Shown here one piece after another: positions 1-9,708 of a DNA stretch of 64,000 bases. The stretch is from a virus (lineage: Duplodnaviria; Caudoviricetes). Under the pieces are notes generated by a model. That model did not search any database. It worked only from the letters and a program-made list of their open reading frames with translations, and was not told the DNA's origin. The number at the start of each line of letters is the position of its first letter. Position 1 is the first letter of the stretch. Where the stretch lies: IMG/VR virus record IMGVR_UViG_2802429351_000001, positions 1-64,000 of that record. One strand, given 5' to 3'. The translations under genes and the position numbers were made by a program.

Positions 1-1
1 C

Positions 2-1345
2 CCAACAGGACCCATAGGACCGCAAGGTCCAGAAGGCCCAGAAGGACCCCAAGGAGAAATAGGACCAGAAGGTCCCCAAGGCCCACAAGGTGAACAAGGC
101 CCAGAAGGACCTCAAGGTCCAGAAGGCCCAGCGGGACCGGAAGGACCACAGGGTCCAGAAGGACCACAGGGAGAGCCAGGTGAATCAGGTCCAGAACCAC
201 AAAATATAAAAACTGCAGTATTAGACTTAAGTAAAATAATTTCAGATACTTATAATTATGCCCCATGTGATAATATAAGTATAGTTGAGTTTACAACTAT
301 AAATACCGTGGTAAAAGGGGTAGCTATAGCCCTTATAAAAGTAAAACAACAAGATTTAGATGCTGCTGGGTTAGATGAACCAGTAGTATATAATCCAGAA
401 GGATTAAGAGCACAAAGAACTGGGAATACTGATTTCTTAGTGGATACTTATATGGAGTTGGTAGTAAGAAGTGATGATGGTTACAATGTAGAATATTATT
501 TTAGAAATATAAATTATAAACTAGAAACTGAAACAGAGTCTTTTATAACCTCTATTATAAATGATGGGGGTTCTAATATAAAACCAAAACAAATTAATAT
601 GATAATATCCGCTTTAAAGGATATAGAAGTATTAGATAATATAGTATTTTCAGTAGACCATAGTTTTGGTTATAAAGCTACAGGTAATTTAGTAGATAAA
701 ATATATTCAGTGAATGGTAATCATTTAACACAAACAATAGAAAATGAGAAACCTATAGTTAATGATTGTTATTTTGATCTAAGGTCGGGTAAAAATCTAA
801 AAGCTAATTATACTTTTTCAGAGCCTTCTCCAGCTTTAGAAATAATAGCCCTTATCAGGATGGACCCTAGTATAGAATATAGTACTGGAGCACCTTATAA
901 TGATTCAGCTACACAATATGGTTTATTAATATCATTTGGTGAACCTAATTTTTTCTCTCCAAATAATTGTATATTATTTTATACTTCTGTACAAGCTTTT
1001 GGTAATGCAGGAAGAACAGGTACTTTTAGTAGGAATCCTTTAGATACATGGTTAGTTTCAACTGGTTCAAAACCTTTAAATGGGCTACTATCAGGTTGTA
1101 GATATTTTAGAAATAAAATTGAAGAAACTATAACAGCTTCTTATGGTAATAGTATAAACACTAACAATAGTAATATTATAATAGGTGGAGCAGAAGGAGA
1201 TAGTGGGGGAAATATAACATCTAATTTTCAATTCCTAGGGGATTTAAAACACTTAACTGTAATTAATAAAACTATAACAGATGCTCAAAGGTTATCACTA
1301 ATAGGGACTATATTAAGGGTACACAATACACCTGGGGCATTTTAA
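2..1345 (+). CDS. Collagen-repeat tail fibre/spike protein with LamG/lectin-like C-terminal domain (5'-truncated)
   Basis: Frame 2 is open from the window edge through the G-X-Y repeats into the listed ORF at 308 (same frame, no stop). The C-terminus IIIGG...[23 protein letters not shown] resembles LamG jelly-roll endings. Confidence 0.75.
   Translation, partial: PTGPIGPQGPEGPEGPQGEIGPEGPQGPQGEQGPEGPQGPEGPAGPEGPQGPEGPQGEPGESGPEPQNIKTAVLDLSKIISDTYNYAPCDNISIVEFTTINTVVKGVAIALIKVKQQDLDAAGLDEPVVYNPEGLRAQRTGNTDFLVDTYMELVVRSDDGYNVEYYFRNINYKLETETESFITSIINDGGSNIKPKQINMIISALKDIEVLDNIVFSVDHSFGYKATGNLVDKIYSVNGNHLTQTIENEKPIVNDCYFDLRSGKNLKANYTFSEPSPALEIIALIRMDPSIEYSTGAPYNDSATQYGLLISFGEPNFFSPNNCILFYTSVQAFGNAGRTGTFSRNPLDTWLVSTGSKPLNGLLSGCRYFRNKIEETITASYGNSINTNNSNIIIGGAEGDSGGNITSNFQFLGDLKHLTVINKTITDAQRLSLIGTILRVHNTPGAF
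8..196 (+). repeat. Collagen triple-helix repeat, 21 consecutive G-X-Y triplets (mostly GPE/GPQ)
   Basis: Translation: [63 protein letters not shown]. Confidence 0.95.
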
Positions 1346-1404
1346 AAACCAAAACAAAAGACTAAATTACCTTAACCTTAAATAATAGGAGAAACTTAAT
1401 TAGG

Positions 1405-1830
1405 ATGAAACTAATAAACCGAACATACACTTACTTTTTCTTATTAACTTTCAAACCTATAGGGGAAGGTTTTATAGATTTAAGTAATATAACATTTAAT
1501 ACTATAGCTATAAAATTCCTTGTATTAGGTATAACGGCTCCATTAGTAGCTATATATATGTTATATAAAGACACCCCTGAGGAATCACCAACTAAAGCTG
1601 ATATATTTATAACTATGTTGATGTCTATGGTTTTTGTATGGTTAGGGTATGAAATAAGTAAAGGTTTTAATATACCAGAAGGTGTTACTTTAACGTTATG
1701 TTTCTTTTTAGGTATAATGGCTTTACCATTAGCTATTAAAATAAAGGTTGAAATAATATTAGCGGTAAGTAAGTTGATAGATGTTGTAGTAAAAGCCTTT
1801 AATAATTTCGTGGATAAATTCTCTAAATAA
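1405..1830 (+). CDS. Multi-pass membrane protein, holin candidate
   Basis: Several hydrophobic helices, basic C-terminus, directly upstream of the lysozyme gene. Confidence 0.55.
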   Translation: MKLINRTYTYFFLLTFKPIGEGFIDLSNITFNTIAIKFLVLGITAPLVAIYMLYKDTPEESPTKADIFITMLMSMVFVWLGYEISKGFNIPEGVTLTLCFFLGIMALPLAIKIKVEIILAVSKLIDVVVKAFNNFVDKFSK

Positions 1831-1836
1831 AAAAAT

Positions 1837-2778
1837 ATGGACTTCTATAGATATAATGATTATTTATGGGGTTTACCCAATTGGGTTCACACTGTAGCTT
1901 TATTAATATTAATTGCGGCATATGCCCACCTTATATTTGGATATTGGTTAGTAAGATACCGTATACCTAGATATGTAAAGAAATATTTTGCATTAAGATG
2001 TATACTTTATATCTTATATATGATGTTTAAAGCCCAAGATAAAAATTTTGGTATGGCAGACTTGTTTTTCCCAATTTATATTATAGGCTATATAGATGGT
2101 TTAATAACACTTAATGGTTGGGGTTTTTATAGGTGTAAAAATCTAAAAGAAGGTATAATTAAATTAATAACTTTTAGAAGTGAAAAAAATTATTTAAATA
2201 TGAGAATACACCCTTTGCTTATGAAAAAAGAAGCTTTTGAATTAAGAGTTTCACAAAAGCTCTTAAACTTTATTAGGAGTTATGAAAACTTACATGATGG
2301 GGATAAATCTGTTATAGGTTTACAACCTAAACTAGATGCCCGTGGAAAAGATCCCATATGGACTGTAGGTTGGGGACACGCTTTAGTTGTAGATGGTAAA
2401 TTTGCTACTAAAAGTAGATTCCCTACTATGGCTGATATATTACCATATAATACTGTAAATACCATAGAAGAAGCAGATGCTCTTCTGGAAAAAGATATTA
2501 CTAAATTCGAAAATTTAGTAAAGGCTAACTTAAAAATAAAAGTTAACCAACATCAATTTGACGCTTTGGTTAGCCATGCTTATAATTGTGGTATTTCCGA
2601 AGGTTTATATATTAGGGTTAATAATAGGGCAGAAAAAGCTCTTAAAGAATTTTGGTTAAATAGGTATATCACATCTGGTGGTATAAAATTAAATGGTTTA
2701 ATACATAGGCGTATTGATGAATATGAAATATGGTTGGGTATAAACTATAACAGGGAATATAAATTTACTTTTAATTAA
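1837..2778 (+). CDS. GH24 phage lysozyme (endolysin) with ~120-aa N-terminal membrane region
   Basis: YENLHDGD..IGLQPKLDARG..IWTVGWGH (E/D/T catalytic pattern), QHQFDALVSHAYNCG, GLIHRRIDE. The N-terminus has about 3 hydrophobic segments. Confidence 0.85.
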   Translation: MDFYRYNDYLWGLPNWVHTVALLILIAAYAHLIFGYWLVRYRIPRYVKKYFALRCILYILYMMFKAQDKNFGMADLFFPIYIIGYIDGLITLNGWGFYRCKNLKEGIIKLITFRSEKNYLNMRIHPLLMKKEAFELRVSQKLLNFIRSYENLHDGDKSVIGLQPKLDARGKDPIWTVGWGHALVVDGKFATKSRFPTMADILPYNTVNTIEEADALLEKDITKFENLVKANLKIKVNQHQFDALVSHAYNCGISEGLYIRVNNRAEKALKEFWLNRYITSGGIKLNGLIHRRIDEYEIWLGINYNREYKFTFN

Positions 2779-2790
2779 AAAATAGGGAAT

Positions 2791-3048
2791 ATGAAAACAA
2801 AAACATTAAGTGTAAAGGATTTTAAGACTACTGCTTTTTATAAATTTTTTAAAACCAGTAGGTTTGTTTATACATGGGCTGGCTTAGCTATATTAGTAAT
2901 TTTCTTTGGTTTAAATGTATGGGCTGCTTTAGTATATGGGGCTTTACAAACCATAATGGAATTGCTACCAAATGTATTTAAACTACCTCTTTATAAACAT
3001 TGGGATACTATAGAAGATAAATTTAACAAGCCCAAAAAGCATTATTAA
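2791..3048 (+). CDS. Small membrane protein in lysis cassette
   Basis: Central hydrophobic stretch; follows the lysozyme gene. Confidence 0.5.
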   Translation: MKTKTLSVKDFKTTAFYKFFKTSRFVYTWAGLAILVIFFGLNVWAALVYGALQTIMELLPNVFKLPLYKHWDTIEDKFNKPKKHY

Positions 3049-3073
3049 AAATAAGAATTTAAAATATTAAGAG

Positions 3074-4924
3074 ATGCCAGCACCAAAAGTTAGTTTTAAT
3101 ACTACAAATTTAACTCTACCAGAAATATCAAATTTAGGTGGGGTTAATTTTGTTATGGGCCAATCCATAAGAGGGGGGATAAACAAACCAGATAGGGTAT
3201 TTAATTCTTGGCCAGCTTGGGTAAAAGAATTTGGAGGATTAATGGCCGATTCAGATGCACCAAGGTTTTGCAAGAAAATACTAGAACAAGGGGGAGCAGT
3301 AAGATTTTGTAGGGTAGCCCATTACTCTGACATAACAGATGCTTCTAGTTTGACAGCCATAAAAGCTCAACAACCTAATACCGCTATAATAATTATAGGA
3401 GGTAATTTAATAACTGGTAATATCGTAAACCTTACTATTGATGGAGAGGATTTAGATGCTATCAATTTTAGTAATGATAATGATGAAACAATAGAAAACA
3501 TAATCTTAGCCATAAAAGCCGAGGCTGGTGTATCTAATGTTATATATTCAAAATCAGGAACTACACAATTTCTAACTATTGTTCCAGTAGATACAGATGC
3601 TGTTACTGTAGATACTGCTACTATTACTGGGGGGGCTTCTCAGGCAACTATCGGTGAAATAACTACCAACAAGGTAACAGACCAAACTGGTAACCCATTA
3701 TTCTCTATCAAACCAAAACATGAAGGGGTTGATTATAATAATTTAAGGGTCATTATATCTGGGGGTAGTAATGGGCAACCAGGTTATTTTGATTTAACCA
3801 TACAACATATGGTTGATGTGAACATAGTGGAAACATATAGGAACCTAAGGATAAAAGGTAATCCTACTAAAAACGATTCTGACTACCTATCAAAACTGGT
3901 AGATGCAACAGAACTAGTAGATATACAATATGAAGATCTTTCATACCTATCCGGACAGATAACACCAGTATCAATAGCATTCAATTTCAAAGGTGGTAGT
4001 GATGGTGATGAAATAGTTGATGCTGACTATGTAGGTTCTGAATTAAGCTTTACTGGGTTTAGAGCTTTTGATAATTATGATGATGCTATGCAAATGGGTG
4101 TATTAGATAATAATTCTGATACTGTGAATGTAGCTGGTTCTAATTATTCTAAATTAAGAGGTGATCTAAATTACTTCATACATTTAGGTAATACACTAAA
4201 CACGGCACAAGCATTGATTAACAAAAGAAATTCACTTAACATCGATAATAAGTATGTACTATTTGCCGGTGGAGGTATAAAATTAAGGGATGAATTAACA
4301 GGTGAAGTTTTAGAATCATCTGGTATAGCTGATCTATTAATATTAGCTAATAAATCAGCAGAAGAATTTGGACCATGGTATTCGTTTTCGGGAAATAACA
4401 GGGGCGTAGTACAAGATGCAATTGGGGTTGTAAATAACTTTGGTACACCAGCTAAGTATAAAGACTTGGATGCCCTAGCCGATACCCATATCAATATGTT
4501 TATCCAAAGGGATAATCAAACAAAATTATGGGGTTCATTATCCGGGCAATATGAAGAGGATCAGGAAAGATTTATAAATGTTGTAAGATTAGTTATATAC
4601 ATTAAGAAAAATCTTAAACCAATCCTGGAAGATTTCATAGATGAGCCTAACGATATATCATCTTGGAAAAGATTGTATTTCACAGTTAAACCATTTATGG
4701 ATGACTTGGTAGATAATAGGGCTCTATATTCATATGAATGGCAAGGTGATCAAGATGCTAAGGACATGAATAAATTATCAGTAAATGATCCAGTAAAAGT
4801 ATCTCAAGGAAAATACAAAGTTAGACTAAGGTTATCTGCTATACCGGGTATTAAGGATATAGAAATAGATATGGTATTAACTTCTGCGGGTGTAACTTTT
4901 GAACAAATTTCAGATTTAATCTAA
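3074..4924 (+). CDS. Contractile tail sheath protein
   Basis: 616 aa with N-terminal G..IRGGINKP...SW..WVKEFG and C-terminal RFINVVRLVIYIKK..FIDEPND..W..L...PFMDDLV..RAL; precedes a tube gene. Confidence 0.9.
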   Translation: MPAPKVSFNTTNLTLPEISNLGGVNFVMGQSIRGGINKPDRVFNSWPAWVKEFGGLMADSDAPRFCKKILEQGGAVRFCRVAHYSDITDASSLTAIKAQQPNTAIIIIGGNLITGNIVNLTIDGEDLDAINFSNDNDETIENIILAIKAEAGVSNVIYSKSGTTQFLTIVPVDTDAVTVDTATITGGASQATIGEITTNKVTDQTGNPLFSIKPKHEGVDYNNLRVIISGGSNGQPGYFDLTIQHMVDVNIVETYRNLRIKGNPTKNDSDYLSKLVDATELVDIQYEDLSYLSGQITPVSIAFNFKGGSDGDEIVDADYVGSELSFTGFRAFDNYDDAMQMGVLDNNSDTVNVAGSNYSKLRGDLNYFIHLGNTLNTAQALINKRNSLNIDNKYVLFAGGGIKLRDELTGEVLESSGIADLLILANKSAEEFGPWYSFSGNNRGVVQDAIGVVNNFGTPAKYKDLDALADTHINMFIQRDNQTKLWGSLSGQYEEDQERFINVVRLVIYIKKNLKPILEDFIDEPNDISSWKRLYFTVKPFMDDLVDNRALYSYEWQGDQDAKDMNKLSVNDPVKVSQGKYKVRLRLSAIPGIKDIEIDMVLTSAGVTFEQISDLI

Positions 4925-4939
4925 AAAACAATTATAAAA

Positions 4940-5401
4940 ATGGCTAAAATAAATAATCCAAGAAAGAAATTTAATTTTTCTATTCAAATAATGCCAGCTC
5001 CTATAAACCCATATCTTTGTCAGCAGGTAACTACTCCAGAAAGAACTGTTGAACAAGTAACACATGGAGAAACAAACCATGATATAAAGACTGCTGGTAG
5101 GGTTAGTTTTTCTAATCTGCAGATCAGTAAGATAATGACTACCTCTGGGGCTGATAATTACATGTATGATTGGGCCCAATCTTGTCAGGATACAGTAGTG
5201 GGTGGCGGGTTATTACCTGATCAATACAAAAGGACTATATTAGTTACAGAACTAGCAGAAGATGGTACTTCTATCCTTAACACATGGATATGTACCGGAT
5301 GTTGGCCACAAAGGATAAATGGACAAGAACTTGATCGTATGAGTTCAGACAATACTATTGAAAGTGTAGAACTATCAGTAGACAACTGTGAGAAAGTATA
5401 A
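4940..5401 (+). CDS. Tail tube protein (T4 gp19-like)
   Basis: 153 aa after the sheath; NPRKKFNFSI, KTAGRV.FSNLQISK, W..TGCWP..I....LD..SSDNTIESVELSVD. Confidence 0.88.
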   Translation: MAKINNPRKKFNFSIQIMPAPINPYLCQQVTTPERTVEQVTHGETNHDIKTAGRVSFSNLQISKIMTTSGADNYMYDWAQSCQDTVVGGGLLPDQYKRTILVTELAEDGTSILNTWICTGCWPQRINGQELDRMSSDNTIESVELSVDNCEKV

Positions 5402-5421
5402 AACAACTAAATAACTAACTA

Positions 5422-5447
5422 AAGGGGACCTAACAAGTCCCCTTTTT
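5422..5447 (+). terminator. Rho-independent terminator
   Basis: AAGGGGAC-loop-GTCCCCTT followed by a T-run after the tube gene. Confidence 0.8.
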
Positions 5448-5456
5448 CTGTTTTTA

Positions 5457-5463
5457 TACTATT
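5457..5463 (+). promoter_or_regulatory. TACTATT box (putative phage late/middle promoter)
   Basis: Intergenic, just after a terminator, 27 nt before an ATG; recurs at 5 other intergenic sites. Confidence 0.5.
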
Positions 5464-5490
5464 CTTAAGTGAATATTAAATTATAATACT

Positions 5491-6273
5491 ATGGAAAAAA
5501 CGTTAGCCATATATGGGCAAACTAAAGAATTAACAACCCCATCGGGTTTTAAAGTTACAATTAGGGAACAAAATGGTAATGATGATGATATAATATCCAA
5601 TGCAAATGATGCTAAGGATTTAACCAACCTAGATAAATTCATCTCTTCACTTATTATAAAGACAGATTTACCCTATGCTATAAATAATAGAATACCATTA
5701 AAGGATATGGGTAAAATGTTATTAAGAGATAAATACTTTATTATCTTTGCATCTAGAATACATTCCATAAGTAAAGATATGGATTTCACTTTTCAATGGG
5801 ATAATGAACATGAACCTGTACATTACAATGAGAACCTAGAAATATTCATATGGGATTACTCTAAAGAATTTCCTTCAAAACCAGAAGATGAAGGTTATTA
5901 TAAACATAAGATATTACCATATCCTAAAGATGCACATGATAAAATAGAACATGTATTAACCTCTGGGAAAAATATTAGATTTGAATTACTTAAGAATAAA
6001 GGGGAAAAATACTTAATGAAGTTAGACAGCATAACCCGGAACTCAGCATTCAAAGCCCGGTATCTTGAGCAGAAAATAGATAATGATTGGGTAACCGTAG
6101 AAAACTTCTCCCAATTTACCAAAAAAGATATGTCAGAGATATCTAAACTAATTAAGGATATTGATCCCGATTTTACTGGTATAACTGTACTAGAGAATCC
6201 CGATAATCCCGGGGAAGAGATTAATTTCCCTATAATGAAGACTGAATCTTTTTTCTATCCGGAGGAAATTTAG
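5491..6273 (+). CDS. Tail assembly chaperone (gpG-like)
   Basis: Lies between tube and tape measure genes; ends over a slippery T TTT TTC. Confidence 0.75.
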   Translation: MEKTLAIYGQTKELTTPSGFKVTIREQNGNDDDIISNANDAKDLTNLDKFISSLIIKTDLPYAINNRIPLKDMGKMLLRDKYFIIFASRIHSISKDMDFTFQWDNEHEPVHYNENLEIFIWDYSKEFPSKPEDEGYYKHKILPYPKDAHDKIEHVLTSGKNIRFELLKNKGEKYLMKLDSITRNSAFKARYLEQKIDNDWVTVENFSQFTKKDMSEISKLIKDIDPDFTGITVLENPDNPGEEINFPIMKTESFFYPEEI

Positions 6274-6401
6274 AAGAGGATTATTTTTACCTGGTTAAAT
6301 CAGGATTAAAAATAAGTTGGGTAGATTATTTATTCCTAACTATTAAAAGGAAAAACAAGTTCATAGAAATAGCAAACGAATTTAATAAACCAAAAGATTA
6401 A
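6249..6401 (+). CDS. -1 frameshift extension of tail chaperone (gpGT-like)
   Basis: Slippery heptamer T TTT TTC at 6249-6255. The -1 frame reads FFLSGGNLEEDYFYLVKSGLKISWVDYLFLTIKRKNKFIEIANEFNKPKD* and its TAA overlaps the tape-measure ATG (TAATG). Confidence 0.75.
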   Translation, partial: FFLSGGNLEEDYFYLVKSGLKISWVDYLFLTIKRKNKFIEIANEFNKPKD

Positions 6402-8551
6402 TGTACGGTTTAAGTGGATCAAACTTATCTATAGGTATTTCCCTTATACTGAGGGACCAATTTACTGGTAGGGCAACAGCTGCTGGTCAATCATTGGATA
6501 ACCTTAGTAGAAAAGCTATAGCAGCTCAAAGGAGGCAATTAGAAATGCAGCGTAATATAAATGCTGCTGGTGCTGGTATTGGGATAATGGCTATAAGAGG
6601 TATGACCCAATGGGCTCGAGTTGGGGCTGAGTTTGGTTATACTATGAATTATGTGAAAACTATAGCAGAAGAAAAAGGTGGTGTTGGTTTTGATATGCTT
6701 TCTAAAAGAGCAAAGACATTAGGGGCTGACACCATGTTTACTGCTAGGCAAGTAGCTGATGCCATGAAATATATGGCTATGGCTGGTCAAGATACTGAAG
6801 CTGTATATAATAATATTAATGCTGCAGTAACATTAGCTGGAGCTACCATGAGTAGGTTAGAAGGTAAAGGTGGTACTGCTGATATTATGACAAATGTCAT
6901 GAAAGGTTTTGGTATAGATGCTACTATGGAAAATTCCATGAAAGTTGCTGACGTACTTACCACAGCTACAACCTCTGCTAATACTAACTTATCAGATTTA
7001 GCAGATGCCATGAAATATTCTGTTTCTACTGCTAAAGACCTTAATACTACATTAGAAGAATCTGCTGCTATGATTATGATGGCTGGTGATGCTGGTATAC
7101 AAGGTTCTATGGCTGGTACAGCTGTAGAAAATATGTTAAGATATATTACTAGGGCAGCCGATGAAACCCGTAAAGGTAGGTCGGGTGATGCTTTAAAATC
7201 ATTAGGTTTATCACCTAGGCAATTGCAGGATTCAAAAGGAAATCTGTTAGCAATGTCCCCATTATTGGCCGCTATCTCTAGGCAGGTACAAAATATGGGG
7301 ACTGCCCAAAGACAAAACATCTTAACAGATTTATTTGGGGTAAGGGGTAAAAGGGAAGCTTCTATCCTTCTTAGAAATATGGGGGATTTTGATAAATTTA
7401 TAGATAAACTAAATACTAAGTCAAGTGGTAGAGCTTCTGCTAACTTAGAGTCCCAGATGGAAACATTAATGGGTAAAGGTTGGCAATTAACTTCTGCTTG
7501 GGAATCTTTTAAAATTAGTTTCACAGAGGCCATTGAGCCATTGGCTATACCATTATTAAAATTACTTACTGGGGCAACTAAGATATTAACAGCTATGGTG
7601 GAAACACCCGTTGGTAAGTTTTTAACCATGTTAGGTGCTGGTTTTATTACAGTAAGGACAGGTATATTAGCATATAGGGCTGTAGTATTTAGCCTAAGAT
7701 TGGCTCACCTACAAATGGGTACTTCTTTTACTAGTTCCGCTTCACAAGTAGTATCGGGTTATAATAATATGACGGCTGCTGCTAATAGATATAAAGCTAG
7801 TAGTGGTAGTTGGTTTGGGGGTGTAATGATGGGCCAGAATACTGGTAGATTTGGTAAATGGGCTGCAAGGAATGGAATGGGTACACACGTAAGCCTAAAT
7901 TCAAAAGGTAGACAAATAAATTCTACTACTGGTAAATTTATAAAAACCAACTCAGCACCAATGGGTTGGTCTATCGGTGCTGGTACTACATTAGGTAAAT
8001 GGGGTAGTGCTATAGGTAAAGCTTCACCATGGGCTATGCTAGCAGGTATGGGATTAAGTATGGGTGGTAATGCTGTAGGAGGAGATTTAGGAAAATACAT
8101 GGGTATGGGTGGTAATGCTATAGGATGGGCTGGTACTGGTGCTATGTTGGGTTCAGTTGTACCTGGGATTGGTACAGCAGCTGGTGCTATAGTGGGTGGG
8201 GTAGGAAGTTTATTATATGATTTATATAATGAATTAAATGAAACAGAAGAATCAATAAGAAAAGCAAAGGCTGAAAGTAAAAATAAACCATTTGACCCAG
8301 AGGATTGGAAAAATAAATATCGTACTTTAAAAAGTATGTATGAAGGGGATATTATATATGGTAGAAGGATGGGGGACCCAAATGGTCAATATGCGGCTAC
8401 CAATAGGTGGGGGGCTAATCAATATCTAGCTCAAGGTATGGATAACAAATCCCCAACCAGTATTACTATTAATATAGATGGTAAAAAAGCCATGGAGGAA
8501 ACTGTAAGAGAAAGCAATTATAGAACATTAATAGAATTAGCGGGATTTTAA
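6401..8551 (+). CDS. Tail tape measure protein (TP901-type core)
   Basis: FTARQVADAMKYMAMAG, NTNLSDLADAMKY, AGIQGSMAGT; Ala/Gly-rich helical sequence after the chaperone. Confidence 0.92.
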   Translation: MYGLSGSNLSIGISLILRDQFTGRATAAGQSLDNLSRKAIAAQRRQLEMQRNINAAGAGIGIMAIRGMTQWARVGAEFGYTMNYVKTIAEEKGGVGFDMLSKRAKTLGADTMFTARQVADAMKYMAMAGQDTEAVYNNINAAVTLAGATMSRLEGKGGTADIMTNVMKGFGIDATMENSMKVADVLTTATTSANTNLSDLADAMKYSVSTAKDLNTTLEESAAMIMMAGDAGIQGSMAGTAVENMLRYITRAADETRKGRSGDALKSLGLSPRQLQDSKGNLLAMSPLLAAISRQVQNMGTAQRQNILTDLFGVRGKREASILLRNMGDFDKFIDKLNTKSSGRASANLESQMETLMGKGWQLTSAWESFKISFTEAIEPLAIPLLKLLTGATKILTAMVETPVGKFLTMLGAGFITVRTGILAYRAVVFSLRLAHLQMGTSFTSSASQVVSGYNNMTAAANRYKASSGSWFGGVMMGQNTGRFGKWAARNGMGTHVSLNSKGRQINSTTGKFIKTNSAPMGWSIGAGTTLGKWGSAIGKASPWAMLAGMGLSMGGNAVGGDLGKYMGMGGNAIGWAGTGAMLGSVVPGIGTAAGAIVGGVGSLLYDLYNELNETEESIRKAKAESKNKPFDPEDWKNKYRTLKSMYEGDIIYGRRMGDPNGQYAATNRWGANQYLAQGMDNKSPTSITINIDGKKAMEETVRESNYRTLIELAGF

Positions 8552-8554
8552 ATT

Positions 8555-9427
8555 ATGGCAAGATATATACCTAAAGCTGCTAATAGTTTATTAAATTATA
8601 AACCAAGTCAAACTACACAAGAAATAGTTTCATATGCTTCAAAAGCTATTAGAGCTAAGATATTATTGGATAGGGAGATTAGGGGTTTTGATAAGGCAGA
8701 CACAGATGGCCCAAGGGATGCATACCAAAATGGTCCCAAAGGTGGTGAAACACCTAAACATAGGGAAAAAATAAAACCTAGAGATGACAATAATGGCTAT
8801 ATAAGTGAGAACCCTAAAAAACTTAATAGGGTAAAAAATATAAAAAAGGATTATATATCTATAGTGGATATAGACTTTAAACCAGGTAACCATTTAACAA
8901 CAAGGTATTATTCATATCTACAATTACCATTTATACCAAACTACCTAGAATATAACCCAGAATCTAACTTTGCAGCTATAGCTAGTTTTGGTAGGAATAA
9001 CCCTTTATATCAATACTTAGGTTCAGAGGATACATTAATATTTGAGGTAGATTGGTTAAGCAGTGAGAATAACAGACAGGATGTAATATTTAACTGTAGA
9101 TGGTTAGAGGCTTTAACTAAAGCAGATGGTTACAATGAATCACCACATAGGTTAAAAATAATATGGGGTGGCGAAGGTGATAACCTAAATAGTGTAGGCC
9201 AGAATCAATTTGAAAATATGAATACTTTATTTGAAGATTCCATATGGATATTAGTTTCTGCTCCATATAGGCTTAGTGATTTTGTAAGGGGCTACAAATT
9301 AAATAATGATATTATTTCTACAAATTTATTACCCCAACAGGCTAGACAAACATTAACCTTTAAAAAAGTTACTGATTATAATCTAAGTTCAAGTGATATA
9401 ATAGGTAAACTTGGAATACCTAATTAA
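8555..9427 (+). CDS. Baseplate/tube-initiator protein
   Basis: Post-TMP position; LPFIP..LEYNPESNFAAIASFGRNNPLYQYLGSEDTL.FE pattern typical of tube-like baseplate proteins. Confidence 0.55.
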   Translation: MARYIPKAANSLLNYKPSQTTQEIVSYASKAIRAKILLDREIRGFDKADTDGPRDAYQNGPKGGETPKHREKIKPRDDNNGYISENPKKLNRVKNIKKDYISIVDIDFKPGNHLTTRYYSYLQLPFIPNYLEYNPESNFAAIASFGRNNPLYQYLGSEDTLIFEVDWLSSENNRQDVIFNCRWLEALTKADGYNESPHRLKIIWGGEGDNLNSVGQNQFENMNTLFEDSIWILVSAPYRLSDFVRGYKLNNDIISTNLLPQQARQTLTFKKVTDYNLSSSDIIGKLGIPN

Positions 9428-9429
9428 AG

Positions 9430-9708
9430 ATGAAAAATACTATATATAAAAACGGTTATATAATAAATTATTCAAATGGTGATAGGGCTATATATAGGGA
9501 TAAGTTAGAATATGTAGAAGATATAGAGGATAAATTATACACTATAAAACAAGGTGATAGATTATCCTCTATATCTTTTATGTTTTATAAGAATCCTTTA
9601 TTATGGTATCTTATAGCTGATATTAATAATATTGATAACCCCTTTGTATTAATAGAGGGCCAAGAAATAATAATACCTAACCCAAGTAAATATAATCTAG
9701 ATGGCTGA
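9430..9708 (+). CDS. LysM/gpX-like baseplate protein
   Basis: YTIKQGDRLSSISFMFYKNPLLWYLIADINNIDNPF.L..GQEIIIP. Confidence 0.85.
   Translation: MKNTIYKNGYIINYSNGDRAIYRDKLEYVEDIEDKLYTIKQGDRLSSISFMFYKNPLLWYLIADINNIDNPFVLIEGQEIIIPNPSKYNLDG

Noticed and set aside
6271-6273. TAG read-through or alternative genetic code
   Set aside because: The downstream ORF is in the -1 frame, not frame 0. Core genes are full length under the standard code, with no fragmentation at TAG or TGA.
6787-8100. Long minus-strand ORFs (280 aa and 113 aa) inside the tape measure gene
   Set aside because: Antisense shadows of an Ala/Gly/Thr-rich gene; no leader, promoter or recognisable motif.
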